Shown: positions 1 through 10,006 of the stretch, one piece after another
Layout: each line of letters opens with the position of its first letter
Numbering within the stretch: position 1 is the first letter of the stretch
From: Gammaproteobacteria bacterium
GTDB lineage: Bacteria > Pseudomonadota > Gammaproteobacteria > Magnimaribacterales > D2472
Reading direction: 5' to 3'
DNA length: 64,000 bases
NCBI GenBank assembly: GCA_038142505.1
Contig: JAYQKD010000001.1
Location: 139,418-203,417, forward strand
Position numbers and translations under genes: made by a program
The notes under the pieces: generated by a model
The model's database searches: none
What the model was told of the DNA's origin: nothing
Seen by the model: the letters and a program-made list of their open reading frames with translations, nothing else

Positions 1-152
1 ATAGCACTACCTAAATTAAAGACATATACTTTAATAAATTCTAGGAAACTTTCTGAGAAAAAACTTACATAGTATAGAAGAGAGCCAACTACAAAACCCA
101 AAAACATTCCAAGTAAAATATTTCTTGTTAAATTTTTGGGAGTTTCAATCAT
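1..152 (-). CDS. Dicarboxylate/amino acid:cation symporter (DAACS family), N-terminus only, runs off window
   Basis: Manual translation [28 protein letters not shown]...; the ATG overlaps the rubredoxin stop. Confidence 0.6.
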   Translation of the reverse strand, partial: MIETPKNLTRNILLGMFLGFVVGSLLYYVSFFSESFLEFIKVYVFNLGSA

Positions 153-328
153 TCTATCTCAATCATATCAAAATCTTCTTTTCCAACACCACACTCTGGA
201 CATAACCAATCTTCAGGCACGTCTTCCCATCTTGTCCCAGGCTCTATTCCATCTTCTGGCCAGCCCAAAGCTTCATCATATATTAGACCACAAACAATAC
301 ATTCATACTTTTTTAATTTCATATCCAT
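149..328 (-). CDS. rubA: Rubredoxin (59 aa), not in ORF track
   Basis: Manual translation [59 protein letters not shown]; two CxxCG motifs. Confidence 0.95.
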   Translation of the reverse strand: MDMKLKKYECIVCGLIYDEALGWPEDGIEPGTRWEDVPEDWLCPECGVGKEDFDMIEIE

Positions 329-391
329 ATTTTTTAATTTTACTTTGATTAAAAGTGTGGGCGTTATAATATCAGATTTATCGAGTAATTA

Positions 392-891
392 ATGAAGCTA
401 AAGAAAATATCATCTTGGAAAAATTTTGAATCTATTGAATCAAAAATATCAAAAAATGAAATACGTTCGTGGTTGCTTGAAAATGGCCCCATAACCAAAA
501 GAATAAAAAAAAATGGATCATTTAAACTTCATCTTATTCAAGATGAATTATCTTTTATAGAACAAGAAGATAAAGACTTTATCGACTGTACATCTAATGA
601 AATAAAATTAAGAGAAGTTATTCTTTTTTGCAATGATGAGCCAATAGTTTTTGCTCAAACAATAATCCCTGTTGAAACAATTTCAAAAGGATTAAAGCAA
701 TTAGGAAATCTTGGAAATAAACCCTTGGTGATATTCTCTTTGAGAAAGATATTTTTACTAAAGATAAGGTTCTTTATGCCCTCTTTGAAAAAAACTCACG
801 TTTATATTGGGGAAGAAAAGCAAAATATATTGTTAAAGGTTATAAATTCTCGGTTATGGAAGTTTTTTTAATTGATGCGAAAGATGGATAA
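392..891 (+). CDS. ubiC: Chorismate pyruvate-lyase (one frameshift near 725)
   Basis: WLLENGPIT, REVILF, FAQTIIP, LGNKPL motifs; directly upstream of ubiA. Confidence 0.85.
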
Positions 892-1735
892 ATTTAAAAG
901 CTATATAAAGCTTGCTCGACTTGATAAACCAGTTGGTATATATCTTTTGTTATGGCCATCACTATTGGTCTTATGCTTGGAATATTAGAATCAAGTCTTT
1001 TTGAACTTAAGAGTTTTCTGATAGTTTTAATTGGTTCGATTTTAGTAAGATCTTGTGGCTGTGTGATTAATGATATTAGTGATTATAAGTTTGATAAATT
1101 AGTCTCAAGAACAAAAGATAGGCCAATTGCCTCTGGTGAAATTAGTCTAAAAGAAGCTTGGATATTTTTTTTCATAACAGCATCTTTTTGTTTGAGTCTT
1201 TTGATATTTGTTCCAAAAATAACTTTATATATTTCAATGATTATTGCGGTTTTTATCATAATATATCCTCTAACAAAAAGATTTTTAAAAGCACCTCAAT
1301 TTTTTTTGGGCATAACCTTTGGATCTGGAACTTGATATCTTATCAGTCTTGTATCAACAAATTTCTCCTTATCAATATTGCTTCTATTTTTAGGAACAGT
1401 TTTATGGATCATTAGTTTTGATACTATCTATGCCCTAGAAGATATAGAAGATGACCGAATTATTGGAATTAATTCAACACCAATATTATGGGGAGATAAG
1501 GCGATTTTTATTAGTAAAATTTTTCATATATTATTTTATTTTTCTCTTTTGTTAATATTTTTTATAAATCAATTTTCCCTTTTCTTTTTAGCAATATTAT
1601 TAATTATTGTTGTGTATTTATTTTTACCAAAATAGTCTTGTTAATCAGGGGAAATACTTAAAATCATTCAAAATGAATAATTGGGTTGGCATGATAGCTT
1701 CGATTGGCTTTGTAATCGAAATTTTTCTGATCTAG
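884..1735 (+). CDS. ubiA: 4-hydroxybenzoate octaprenyltransferase (frameshifted)
   Basis: ARLDKPVGIYLLLWP, GCVINDISDYKFD...RTKDRPIASG, FDTIYALED motifs across frames. Confidence 0.92.
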
Positions 1736-1745
1736 GCATCTTGAA

Positions 1746-2881
1746 ATGAAAAGCAAATTTATTGAAAGCTTATCTGAAATTTCATCTGTTGATTTCAATC
1801 AGATCATTGATGAAAAAGATAAGCCTTTCATGTCATATGAATATCTCTATGCATTGGAACAAAGTAAATCTGTTCACGCAAATAATGGCTGGCAATCATT
1901 TCACTTAACTCTGGCTGAAAAGGAAGATCTTTCAGGCTTTATTCCGATATACAAAAAAAACAATAGTCATGGAGAATTTGTTTTTGATCATCAATGGTCT
2001 TATGCCCTAAGAAGAGCAAATAGAGATTATTATCCAAAATTACTTAGTGCTATTCCTTTTACCCCATGTGAAACAAGAAAATTTATATCCCCTGAGTCAA
2101 TAGATGTTCAGAATTTTATTGATCCCATTGTTAATCACATGCAGAAACATAATATTGAAACATGGCACATTCTTTTTCCTGACAAAAATCTCTCTAAAAC
2201 TCTTATTGAAAATAATTTTATAGAGAGAAGTGGGTATAGATTTGTCTGGAATAACAAAGAATATGAAAACTTTAATGATTTTCTTAAAATTTTTACTTCA
2301 AGACAAAGAAAAAATATTAAATCTGAAAGAAAGAAAATCCAAAATCTAGGAATAGAATTTTCAATAAAAGATAGTACCAATATGACGATTGAAGATTGGC
2401 AAATTTTTTATGAATTTTATAAATCTACTTATCATGAACGTATGCAAGCACCGTATTTAAATTTTGAATTTTTTAACTTAGTCCACGAATATAGGTCTAT
2501 TCTTAATCCTGTTATTTTTTTTGCTGAGATTAATCAAGAGAAAATTGCTGGATCTTTATGCTTTCAAAGTGAAAATACTTTTATGGAAGACATTGGGGCT
2601 CATCAATAAATATTGATAGCTTGCATTTCGAATGTTGTTATTATCAAGGGATTGAATACTGCATAAAAAATGGGATTAGCTTTTTTGATCCTGGCGTTCA
2701 AGGAGAACATAAAATTAGGAGGGGTTTTGAGCCAATGCCAACTAATTCATATCATTATGTTTTAAAAGAAGATTTTAGAAATGCCATTAAATCTTTTTGC
2801 AAAGAAGAAAAAATAAACATAAAAAAATATTTAGCAGCTTGCAGTGAATATACACCTATAAAAAAAGAATATAGAATTTAG
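1746..2881 (+). CDS. GNAT/FemAB-like acyltransferase (DUF482 family), frameshifted
   Basis: SHGEFVFDHQW, YYPKLLSAIPFTP, LHFECCYYQGIEYCI, QGEHKIRRGFEP. Confidence 0.85.
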
Positions 2882-2883
2882 GT

Positions 2884-3332
2884 ATGTTAAAAACATTGCC
2901 TGCAACTTCTCATCATCTGACAGTGTGTGAAGCAAATTTTATTAGGCTTAAAAAATTATTAAATAATTATTCTGTCAGATGAAGTCTTTTTATGAATCTA
3001 TTAATCCAAATCAATCTTCTCTAAAAATTAATTTTCTTGTATTAAGTAAAACCAAACACACAATAATTCTTGAAGCTAAACAGAGTGGAGATAAAAAAAA
3101 TATTCACAGTAACTTTGTGCTAAGGATTCAAATCAGCTTAGATGCAAAACTAGCAGAAGTTTTATCTTATCAAGGTGAAAAACCTCTTCCTTTTTTTATG
3201 AATCAATCAAAAAGACAATCATTTGATGAGAAACTTCAGCAAAATAAATTCTTAACAGAATGGTTAGAAAGTATTTTTGTCTCAGGTATTTCAGGTAAGG
3301 AGCAAATTATTAGTTTATTAAATAATGACTAA
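2884..3332 (+). CDS. DUF1249 / YqiB-like protein (frameshifted)
   Basis: CEANFIRLKKL N-terminus, DAKLAEV, DEKLQQNKFLTEWL; adjacent to yqiA-like gene. Confidence 0.75.
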
Positions 3333-3900
3333 CACTATTCTTTATTTTCACGGATTTAAATCTTCTAGTGATTCTGGTAAAGCTCAGGAGTTTAAAAAAT
3401 TTATAGAAAATAAGACATCTCAAACAAAGATTATAATTCCTGATCTTGGAAGATGATTTTCAAAAAGCCAATAAACAAATAAAAAATCTTATAAATAAAA
3501 ATAGTCCAAATATTTTTTTATGGGAAGCTCATTGGAGGTTACTATGCCCTTTATTTTGCAGCAACTTTATAAAAACAAAATCAGTATTAATTAACCCAGC
3601 TATACCTCCATTGAAGGATTTTGAGATTCATCTTGGCAAAAATGAAAATTACGCTACTGGAAATAAATTTACTATTTCAAAAGATGATATTTCTTATGTT
3701 AGAAGTCTTCATCATAAGAAAATTTTAGAACCGAAAAATAATTTAATACTATTAGAATCTGGTGATGAAATTCTCAACTATGTTGAATCTTCTAGTTATT
3801 TCAGAGGTTCTTATATAGATATATTTTATGGTGGGAATCACTCATATACATCTATTAAAGAAAAATTTATCAAAAATAAAACATTTTTTTGATATAAAAT
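3325..3900 (+). CDS. YqiA/YcfP family alpha/beta esterase (frameshifted; end approximate)
   Basis: ILYFHGFKSS, GSSLGGYYA (alternate frame), VLINPA, GDEIL, GGNHS. Confidence 0.8.
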
Positions 3901-3903
3901 AAT

Positions 3904-3951
3904 TGCATTAAATTAATGCAATATCATATATAAATGCACTAAAATAGAGCA
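3904..3951. promoter_or_regulatory. Two tandem NtrC-type binding sites
   Basis: TGCATTAAATTAATGCA (3904-3920) and TGCACTAAAATAGAGCA (3935-3951) resemble the 17-bp TGCAC-N7-GTGCA consensus; upstream of GS and ntrBC. Confidence 0.8.
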
Positions 3952-3990
3952 CAAATAGTTCAAATATTGTGCATATAGCTCAAATAATAA

Positions 3991-4006
3991 TGGCATGTAA
4001 ATTGCT
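3991..4006 (+). promoter_or_regulatory. Sigma-54 (-24/-12) promoter
   Basis: TGGCATGTAAATTGCT with GG-N10-GC spacing, 40 nt upstream of the GS ATG. Confidence 0.85.
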
Positions 4007-4045
4007 TTATTAATAATGCTAAATAAAATTTTATTAGGAGAAATA

Positions 4046-5028
4046 ATGGCAGAATATAAAACTTATGAATACATATGGTTAGATGGTTACCAGCCTGAAG
4101 CCAATATGAGAAGTAAGGTGAAGGCTACTGAAGCTGATACACCTCCAGATTGGTCATTTGATGGATCATCTACACAACAAGCAGAGGGTGGTAGCTCTGA
4201 TTGTTTACTTTTACCTGTTCAGACTTATGCTAACCCAAATGGACATGATATCGTCATGACTGAAGTTCAAGCAGCTGACCACACTACTCACCCATCTAAT
4301 TACAGAGCAGCAGCCGCTGAGGTTGTTAGTGATGAATGGTGGTTTGGTTTTGAACAAGAATTCTTTTTTACAGACCCTGAAACAGGCGAGCCTCTTGGAT
4401 GGGAAAATGGAACACCAAAAGAACAAGGAGAATACTATTGCGGTGTTGGTGCAGGTAATGTTGTTGGAAGAGAAATCTCTGATGCGCACCTTCAAGCATG
4501 TCTTGATCTTGGCATTACTCTTACAGGTACAAATGCTGAGGTTGCTCTTGGTCAATGGGAATACCAGTGTTTTGGTAAAGGCATAAAAGCAGCTGACGAT
4601 TTATGGGGGTTAGTAGATATTTACTATTTAAAATTGCTGAAGAATTTGGTGTTGGTGTAAATATCCATCCAAAACCTAAAACAGGTGATTGGAATGGTTC
4701 TGGCATGCATACAAACTTTTCAAATGAAGCGATGAGAACTGGTGGCTCTGAAGAGCTATTCAACTCATATTGTGACAAGCTTGGTGAAGTTCATGAAGAA
4801 GGTATCGCGTCTTATGGATCAGATAATGATATGAGGCTTACTGGATTACATGAAACTCAAAGCATTGATAAATTCTCATATGGTGTTAGTGACAGGGGTG
4901 CAAGTATAAGAATTCCTGTTTATACCGTTGAGCATGACTGGAATGGTTATTTAGAAGACAGAAGGCCTGCTTCTAATGCTGATCCTTATAAAATTTTGGC
5001 ACACATTGTGGGAACATTAACCAAATAA
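4046..5028 (+). CDS. glnII: Glutamine synthetase type II (one frameshift near 4610)
   Basis: EYIWLDG, WSFDGSST, WFGFEQE, YYCGVG, GDWNGSGMHTNFS, YLEDRRPASNADPY; about 327 aa; GGAG RBS. Confidence 0.9.
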
Positions 5029-5041
5029 TCCCACTAAAAAT

Positions 5042-5067
5042 ATCGACTCCTTGCAAAAGGAGTCGAT
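5042..5067. terminator. Hairpin between GS and ntrB (partial terminator or stability element)
   Basis: ATCGACTCCTT-GCAA-AAGGAGTCGAT, perfect 11-bp stem; no strong U tract. Confidence 0.6.
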
Positions 5068-5074
5068 TCACTGA

Positions 5075-6160
5075 ATGAATAATCCTGAAAAATTTAATCA
5101 AAACATATTAAATCAAATCACCTCAGAGATTGTTGTTCTTGATAAAGATTTAAAAGTTATTTGGATTAATGATTCAGCAATTACAAATAACTGGAAAATA
5201 TCTGACGAACATTCAAATATAAATTCTCAATTTTCATTTCAAACTAATGCTGAATTAAAGCAATTAATAGATGATTGTCTTGATACTGGAAATACAATCA
5301 TCAAAAGAGATTTCAAATTAGAAAGAGACAATGAAAAATATAGAATTGTAGATTTGACGGTAAATTGGTCTGAATCAGATCAATTGCTAATTTTAGAAGT
5401 TTTGTGCGTCGACAATTTACATAAAATTATTGATTCATCAAAAGTTTTTTCAACTCAAAAAATTGCGGCAAACTTAGCTAGAACTCTAGCGCATGAAGTC
5501 AAAAACCCATTATCTGGGATAAAAGGTAGTGCACAAATCCTAATGAATAAGCTTAATGATGATTTTTCAAAAAAATTTCTAGATATCATTATCAATGAAA
5601 CAGAAAGATTGAATAATATTGTTACAAAAATACTCACACCTCCAAAAAAACCAAAACTGGAATTATTTAACATTCATTCAGCACTTGAAAAAGTATTTGC
5701 TTTATCGCAAGCCGATGAATATGAAGATTTAAAGATTCAAAGAGACTATGATCCAAGCATACCTGAGGTTTATGGAGATGAAGATCTTTTTATACAAGCC
5801 ATTCTTAATATTTTTAAAAATGCTCAACAAGCATTAACTTTAACTGAAGAGCCTCTAATAACTATTAAATCAAGAGTTACATATAGTCAGCCTATTAATG
5901 GTGTTATTCATTCAACTCTGTGTGAAGTAAGTATTATTGATAATGGGCCAGGAATTCCACAGGACATTCAAGAGCAAATTTTCTTTCCTATGGTTTCATC
6001 AAAAGAAAGTGGGTCTGGGCTTGGTTTATCTATCTCTCAAGATATTATTAGAATTCATGGAGGAGCGATATCTTTCAAAAGTGAGTCGAGTGGAACAACT
6101 TTCTCAATCTTAGTTCCTATTAATATTGAATCTATAAGCGAGGAAGTAAAAAGTGCATAA
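5075..6160 (+). CDS. ntrB: Nitrogen regulation sensor histidine kinase NtrB
   Basis: LAHEVKNPLSGIKGSAQ H-box, RDYDPSIPE, DNGPGIP, GSGLGL. Confidence 0.93.
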   Translation: MNNPEKFNQNILNQITSEIVVLDKDLKVIWINDSAITNNWKISDEHSNINSQFSFQTNAELKQLIDDCLDTGNTIIKRDFKLERDNEKYRIVDLTVNWSESDQLLILEVLCVDNLHKIIDSSKVFSTQKIAANLARTLAHEVKNPLSGIKGSAQILMNKLNDDFSKKFLDIIINETERLNNIVTKILTPPKKPKLELFNIHSALEKVFALSQADEYEDLKIQRDYDPSIPEVYGDEDLFIQAILNIFKNAQQALTLTEEPLITIKSRVTYSQPINGVIHSTLCEVSIIDNGPGIPQDIQEQIFFPMVSSKESGSGLGLSISQDIIRIHGGAISFKSESSGTTFSILVPINIESISEEVKSA

Positions 6161-7529
6161 AATTTGGGTATCTGATGATGACAATGCAATAAGGATAATC
6201 TTAGAAGAAAGTCTTAGTTCTTCAGGCTTTGATGTTAAAACTTTTTCATCTGGTGATGATGTGGTGAATGAATTGAAGAATGATAAACCTGATTTAATTC
6301 TTACAGATGTCCAGATGCCAGGCATGCTTGGTTATGATTTACTAAAGCATATTAATGATAATTACGAAGATATCCCAGTCATAATTATGACTGCATTTAC
6401 TGATATGCAAGCCGCAGTTGATTCATACGGTGGGGGTGCATTTGAATATATGCCAAAGCCGTTTGATCTTGATGATGCTATTCAGATTATAAACAGAGCT
6501 CTTGAAGATAAGCCAAAGACCAAAGGACTTAAGTCAAAACCTAAAACAGATATTATTGGAGAATCAGCTTCTATGCAGGCTGTTTTTAGGGCGATAGGCA
6601 AGCTATCAACAACAACAGCAACCGTTTTAGTTCAAGGTGAATCAGGAACTGGTAAAGAACTAATTGCAAAATCACTTCATAAAAATAGTCCAAGACATGA
6701 CATGCCATTTATTGCTCTTAATATGGCAGATATCCCAAAAGAACTTGTAGAATCTGAGCTTTTTGGTCATGAAAAAGGAGCTTTTACTGGAGCCGTTGAT
6801 AGACGCATAGGTAGATTTGAGCAAGCAAATGGTGGAACACTTTTTCTTGATGAAATTGGTGATATGCCATTGGACTCTCAGACTAGGCTCTTGAGAGTAT
6901 TGTCTAATAAAGAATTTTATAGAGTTGGTGGAGATAAACCAATAAAAGTAGATGTTCGAATTATTGCAGCCACTCATCAAAATCTTAATAACTTGGTTTC
7001 TCAAAAATCATTTAGAGAAGATTTATTTTATAGATTAAATGTTATAAAAATTAATGTTCCTCCTTTAAGAGATAGAAAGGAAGATATAGATGTTTTGACC
7101 AAATATTTCTTAAAAAATCATTCAGATTCTTTAGGTGAAGATTTAAGGGTCTTATCAAAAGAAGTTATGGATGCCATAACAAAGTATGACTGGCCCGGCA
7201 ATGTCAGGCAGTTAGAAAATACATGTTATTGGTTAGCTTTAATGACACCAACTCAAAATGTAAAAGTTGAAGACTTGCCTGAAGAAATTAAAGATCATGA
7301 AGTTGCTGAGGTTCCATCTTCTTCTTGGGAAGAAGGTTTTAATAATTGGGTTACAAATGTTGCAACTTCTATAGACAAAGATCTGCTAGATATTGTGAAT
7401 CCAAAAATAGAAAAAATTATAGTTAAGGCAGCCTTAGAAAAAAGTAATGGTAAAAAAAATGAGGCGGCTATTCTCTTGGGTCTTGGGAGAAATACTCTAG
7501 CAAAAAAAATGAAAGAACTTGGAATCTAA
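6153..7529 (+). CDS. ntrC: Nitrogen regulation response regulator NtrC
   Basis: Receiver domain, [15 protein letters not shown]-terminal [11 protein letters not shown]. Confidence 0.95.
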   Translation: MHKIWVSDDDNAIRIILEESLSSSGFDVKTFSSGDDVVNELKNDKPDLILTDVQMPGMLGYDLLKHINDNYEDIPVIIMTAFTDMQAAVDSYGGGAFEYMPKPFDLDDAIQIINRALEDKPKTKGLKSKPKTDIIGESASMQAVFRAIGKLSTTTATVLVQGESGTGKELIAKSLHKNSPRHDMPFIALNMADIPKELVESELFGHEKGAFTGAVDRRIGRFEQANGGTLFLDEIGDMPLDSQTRLLRVLSNKEFYRVGGDKPIKVDVRIIAATHQNLNNLVSQKSFREDLFYRLNVIKINVPPLRDRKEDIDVLTKYFLKNHSDSLGEDLRVLSKEVMDAITKYDWPGNVRQLENTCYWLALMTPTQNVKVEDLPEEIKDHEVAEVPSSSWEEGFNNWVTNVATSIDKDLLDIVNPKIEKIIVKAALEKSNGKKNEAAILLGLGRNTLAKKMKELGI

Positions 7530-7937
7530 ATCAGAGGCAGATTATCCATTCTCCAATTATTAATTCCCCCAGATAAAATTAAAGTATCCTTATGTCCTAA
7601 ATTTTGAAGCTTTTCGCCAGCATTTGCTGACTGGCTACCTGTTTCGCAGATTAAAACTAGAGACATTCCTTCATTTTGTTTTATTTCATGAGCTCTATCA
7701 TCAAGATTTGCAAAAGGAATATTGGTAGAGCCCGTAATATGACCATCATCAAAATCAGCAGCAGGTCTTAAATCAATAAGTTTTACCTTTATCCTGGTTT
7801 GTTAAATTTATTAAATCTTGTGCAGTAATTTTCTTACCGCCCTTTTTAGCACTAGATCTTATTAATAAAACTATAGCTACAAGAAGTGGAGCAGAATAAT
7901 AATAATGTTCAATTAGAAATAAAATAAACCTATCCAT
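7526..7937 (-). CDS. Rhodanese-like domain protein (YibN-like), frameshifted; not in ORF track
   Basis: Manual translation: N-terminal [39 protein letters not shown]; divergent from gpm. Confidence 0.8.
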
Positions 7938-7984
7938 GCGTGTATTATCTATTAAAATGGCATAAAAGTATTACAAAATTAAAA

Positions 7985-8617
7985 ATGAAATCTAGAAATT
8001 TAATATTGGTAAGGCATGGTCAAAGCGAATGGAATGCAAAAAATCTTTTTACAGGATGGAAGGATCCAGGGCTTACTGATCAGGGGGTTTCAGAGGCAAA
8101 GAATGCCGGAAAATTAATCTTAGAACAAAAAATTGAATTTGATGTTATGTATACCTCTATGCTTTCAAGAGCTCAAAAGACTGGGGATATTATTCTTGGA
8201 ATTTTAAATCATAAAGAAATACCAATAATAAAAAATGAAGCTCTAAACGAAAGACATTATGGAAGTCTAGCGGGATTAAATAAAGATGATGCCAGGAAAA
8301 AATGGGGAGATGAACAAGTTCATATATGGAGAAGGTCATTTGACATGCCGCCTCCTGATGGAGAAAGTCTCAAAGATACAGCTGATAGAGTGCTTCCATA
8401 TTTTGAAACTGAAATTATGCCAAAGGTTATAAGTGGTTCAAGCATATTGATTGCAGCTCATGGAAATTCTCTTAGAGCTTTAATAATGAAACTAGATTCT
8501 ATTTCATCAGAAGATATTGTTAAACTTGAAATTCCTACCGGAGCTCCAATTCAATATGAATTCACTTCAGACGGCATTGTGGATAAAAAAACAAATCTTT
8601 ATGAAAAACAATTGTGA
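7985..8617 (+). CDS. gpmA: 2,3-bisphosphoglycerate-dependent phosphoglycerate mutase
   Basis: LVRHGQSEWN, LNERHYG, AAHGNSLR. Confidence 0.95.
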   Translation: MKSRNLILVRHGQSEWNAKNLFTGWKDPGLTDQGVSEAKNAGKLILEQKIEFDVMYTSMLSRAQKTGDIILGILNHKEIPIIKNEALNERHYGSLAGLNKDDARKKWGDEQVHIWRRSFDMPPPDGESLKDTADRVLPYFETEIMPKVISGSSILIAAHGNSLRALIMKLDSISSEDIVKLEIPTGAPIQYEFTSDGIVDKKTNLYEKQL

Positions 8618-9624
8618 TCAAGATTCTCAATTATCAAAACAAATAGTTCAGTGGTATTTAAAAAACGGTAGAAGCGATCTTCCATGGAGAAAAAATGTAA
8701 CTGCTTATAGAGTTTGGATTTCAGAAATCATGTTACAACAAACCCAAGTAAAAACTGTAATTCCTTTCTTTAAAAAATTTATAAGTAAATACCCTAACCT
8801 CAAATCACTTTCTTCAGCTAATGAGGAAGAAATCTTAGCTTTGTGGACCGGGTTAGGATTTTATAGAAGAGCAATTAATATATACAAGGCAAAAGAAATT
8901 ATCTTAAGTGATTTTAAAAACAGATTTCCAAAATCATTTGATGATATTGTCAGGCTTCCTGGAATTGGCGAATCAACAGCTGGAGCAATAATGTCTTTAG
9001 CATATCAAATTCCATACCCCATACTGGATGCTAATGTGAAGAGAGTTATTTCAAGATATGAATCAGTTGGAAATGATTCAACGCATAAATCAAATAAAAA
9101 GTTATGGGCTTTATCTAATAAACATACTCCAAGAAAAAATATTTTTTCATACACCCAAGGAATAATGGATTTAGGTGCAACGATTTGTCATAACTCAAAA
9201 CCAAATTGTGATATATGTCCTTTGCAAGATGATTGTAAAAGCGCCTTCAAAGTCATAACAAGTAAGAAAGAAACAAAAAAACAAAACCCAACCAAAAAAA
9301 TAAATTTTGTACTAGCAAGAAGTAACGATTCATTTTTATTATTTAAAAAATTAGAAGAATCATTTTGGGAGGGTTTATGGACACCGCTTGAATTAGAATC
9401 CGAACCATCCCCCCTTGCCATGGAAAGATGATATTAAAACTATAGAAGAGATTAATATCAAACATAAGCTATCTCATCTCAATTTAGATATAAAAGTAAA
9501 TATTTATGAATACAAAAAGATCTTTAAATTAAAAACTAATAAAAAATATAAATGGGTTAATAAAAGTAATATTGATAAATTCGGTATGCCAAAGCCCATT
9601 AAGTCTATAATAGAAAAATCATGA
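8601..9624 (+). CDS. mutY: A/G-specific adenine glycosylase (frameshift near 9415)
   Basis: WISEIMLQQTQV, HhH LPGIG, C-x6-C-x2-C-x5-C Fe-S motif; followed by yggX. Confidence 0.92.
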
Positions 9625-9890
9625 GTAAGAAAGTTTTTTGTAAAAAATATCAAAAAGAAATGATCGCCTTGCCTGTGCCTCCCATGCCTGGACCAAAAGG
9701 AGTAGAGATACAAAACAGTGTTTCTCAAGAAGCTTGGGATAAATGGAAGTCTCATCAAACAACTTTAATAAATGAAAAACACTTAGACATGTCTGATCCT
9801 GAGAATAGAAAGTGGTTAATTGAACAAATGGATAAATTTTTTAACAATGAAGATTATGAAAAAGCGTCTGGTTTCAAGGCGTTAGATTAA
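9621..9890 (+). CDS. yggX: Fe(II)-trafficking / oxidative damage protection protein
   Basis: VFCKKY, SQEAWDKWKSHQTTLINE; canonical position after mutY. Confidence 0.92.
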   Translation: MSKKVFCKKYQKEMIALPVPPMPGPKGVEIQNSVSQEAWDKWKSHQTTLINEKHLDMSDPENRKWLIEQMDKFFNNEDYEKASGFKALD

Positions 9891-10006
9891 AGAATATAAG
9901 CATCTAAAAAGACAATACAAATAACCCTATACCTATCTTAAAATTTTTATTTTTTTCTAATAAAAATTCTAATTTACAAAATAAAAAATTAGAGTTAAAT
10001 TTAAGC

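Noticed and set aside
136-348. Plus-strand 70-aa ORF and the many other short antisense or overlapping ORFs in the track
   Set aside because: Shadows of well-supported genes on the other strand or frame (here rubredoxin)
9942-9968. Inverted repeat AATTTTTATT/AATAAAAATT upstream of the dehydrogenase
   Set aside because: Pure A/T arms in an AT-rich spacer; likely chance
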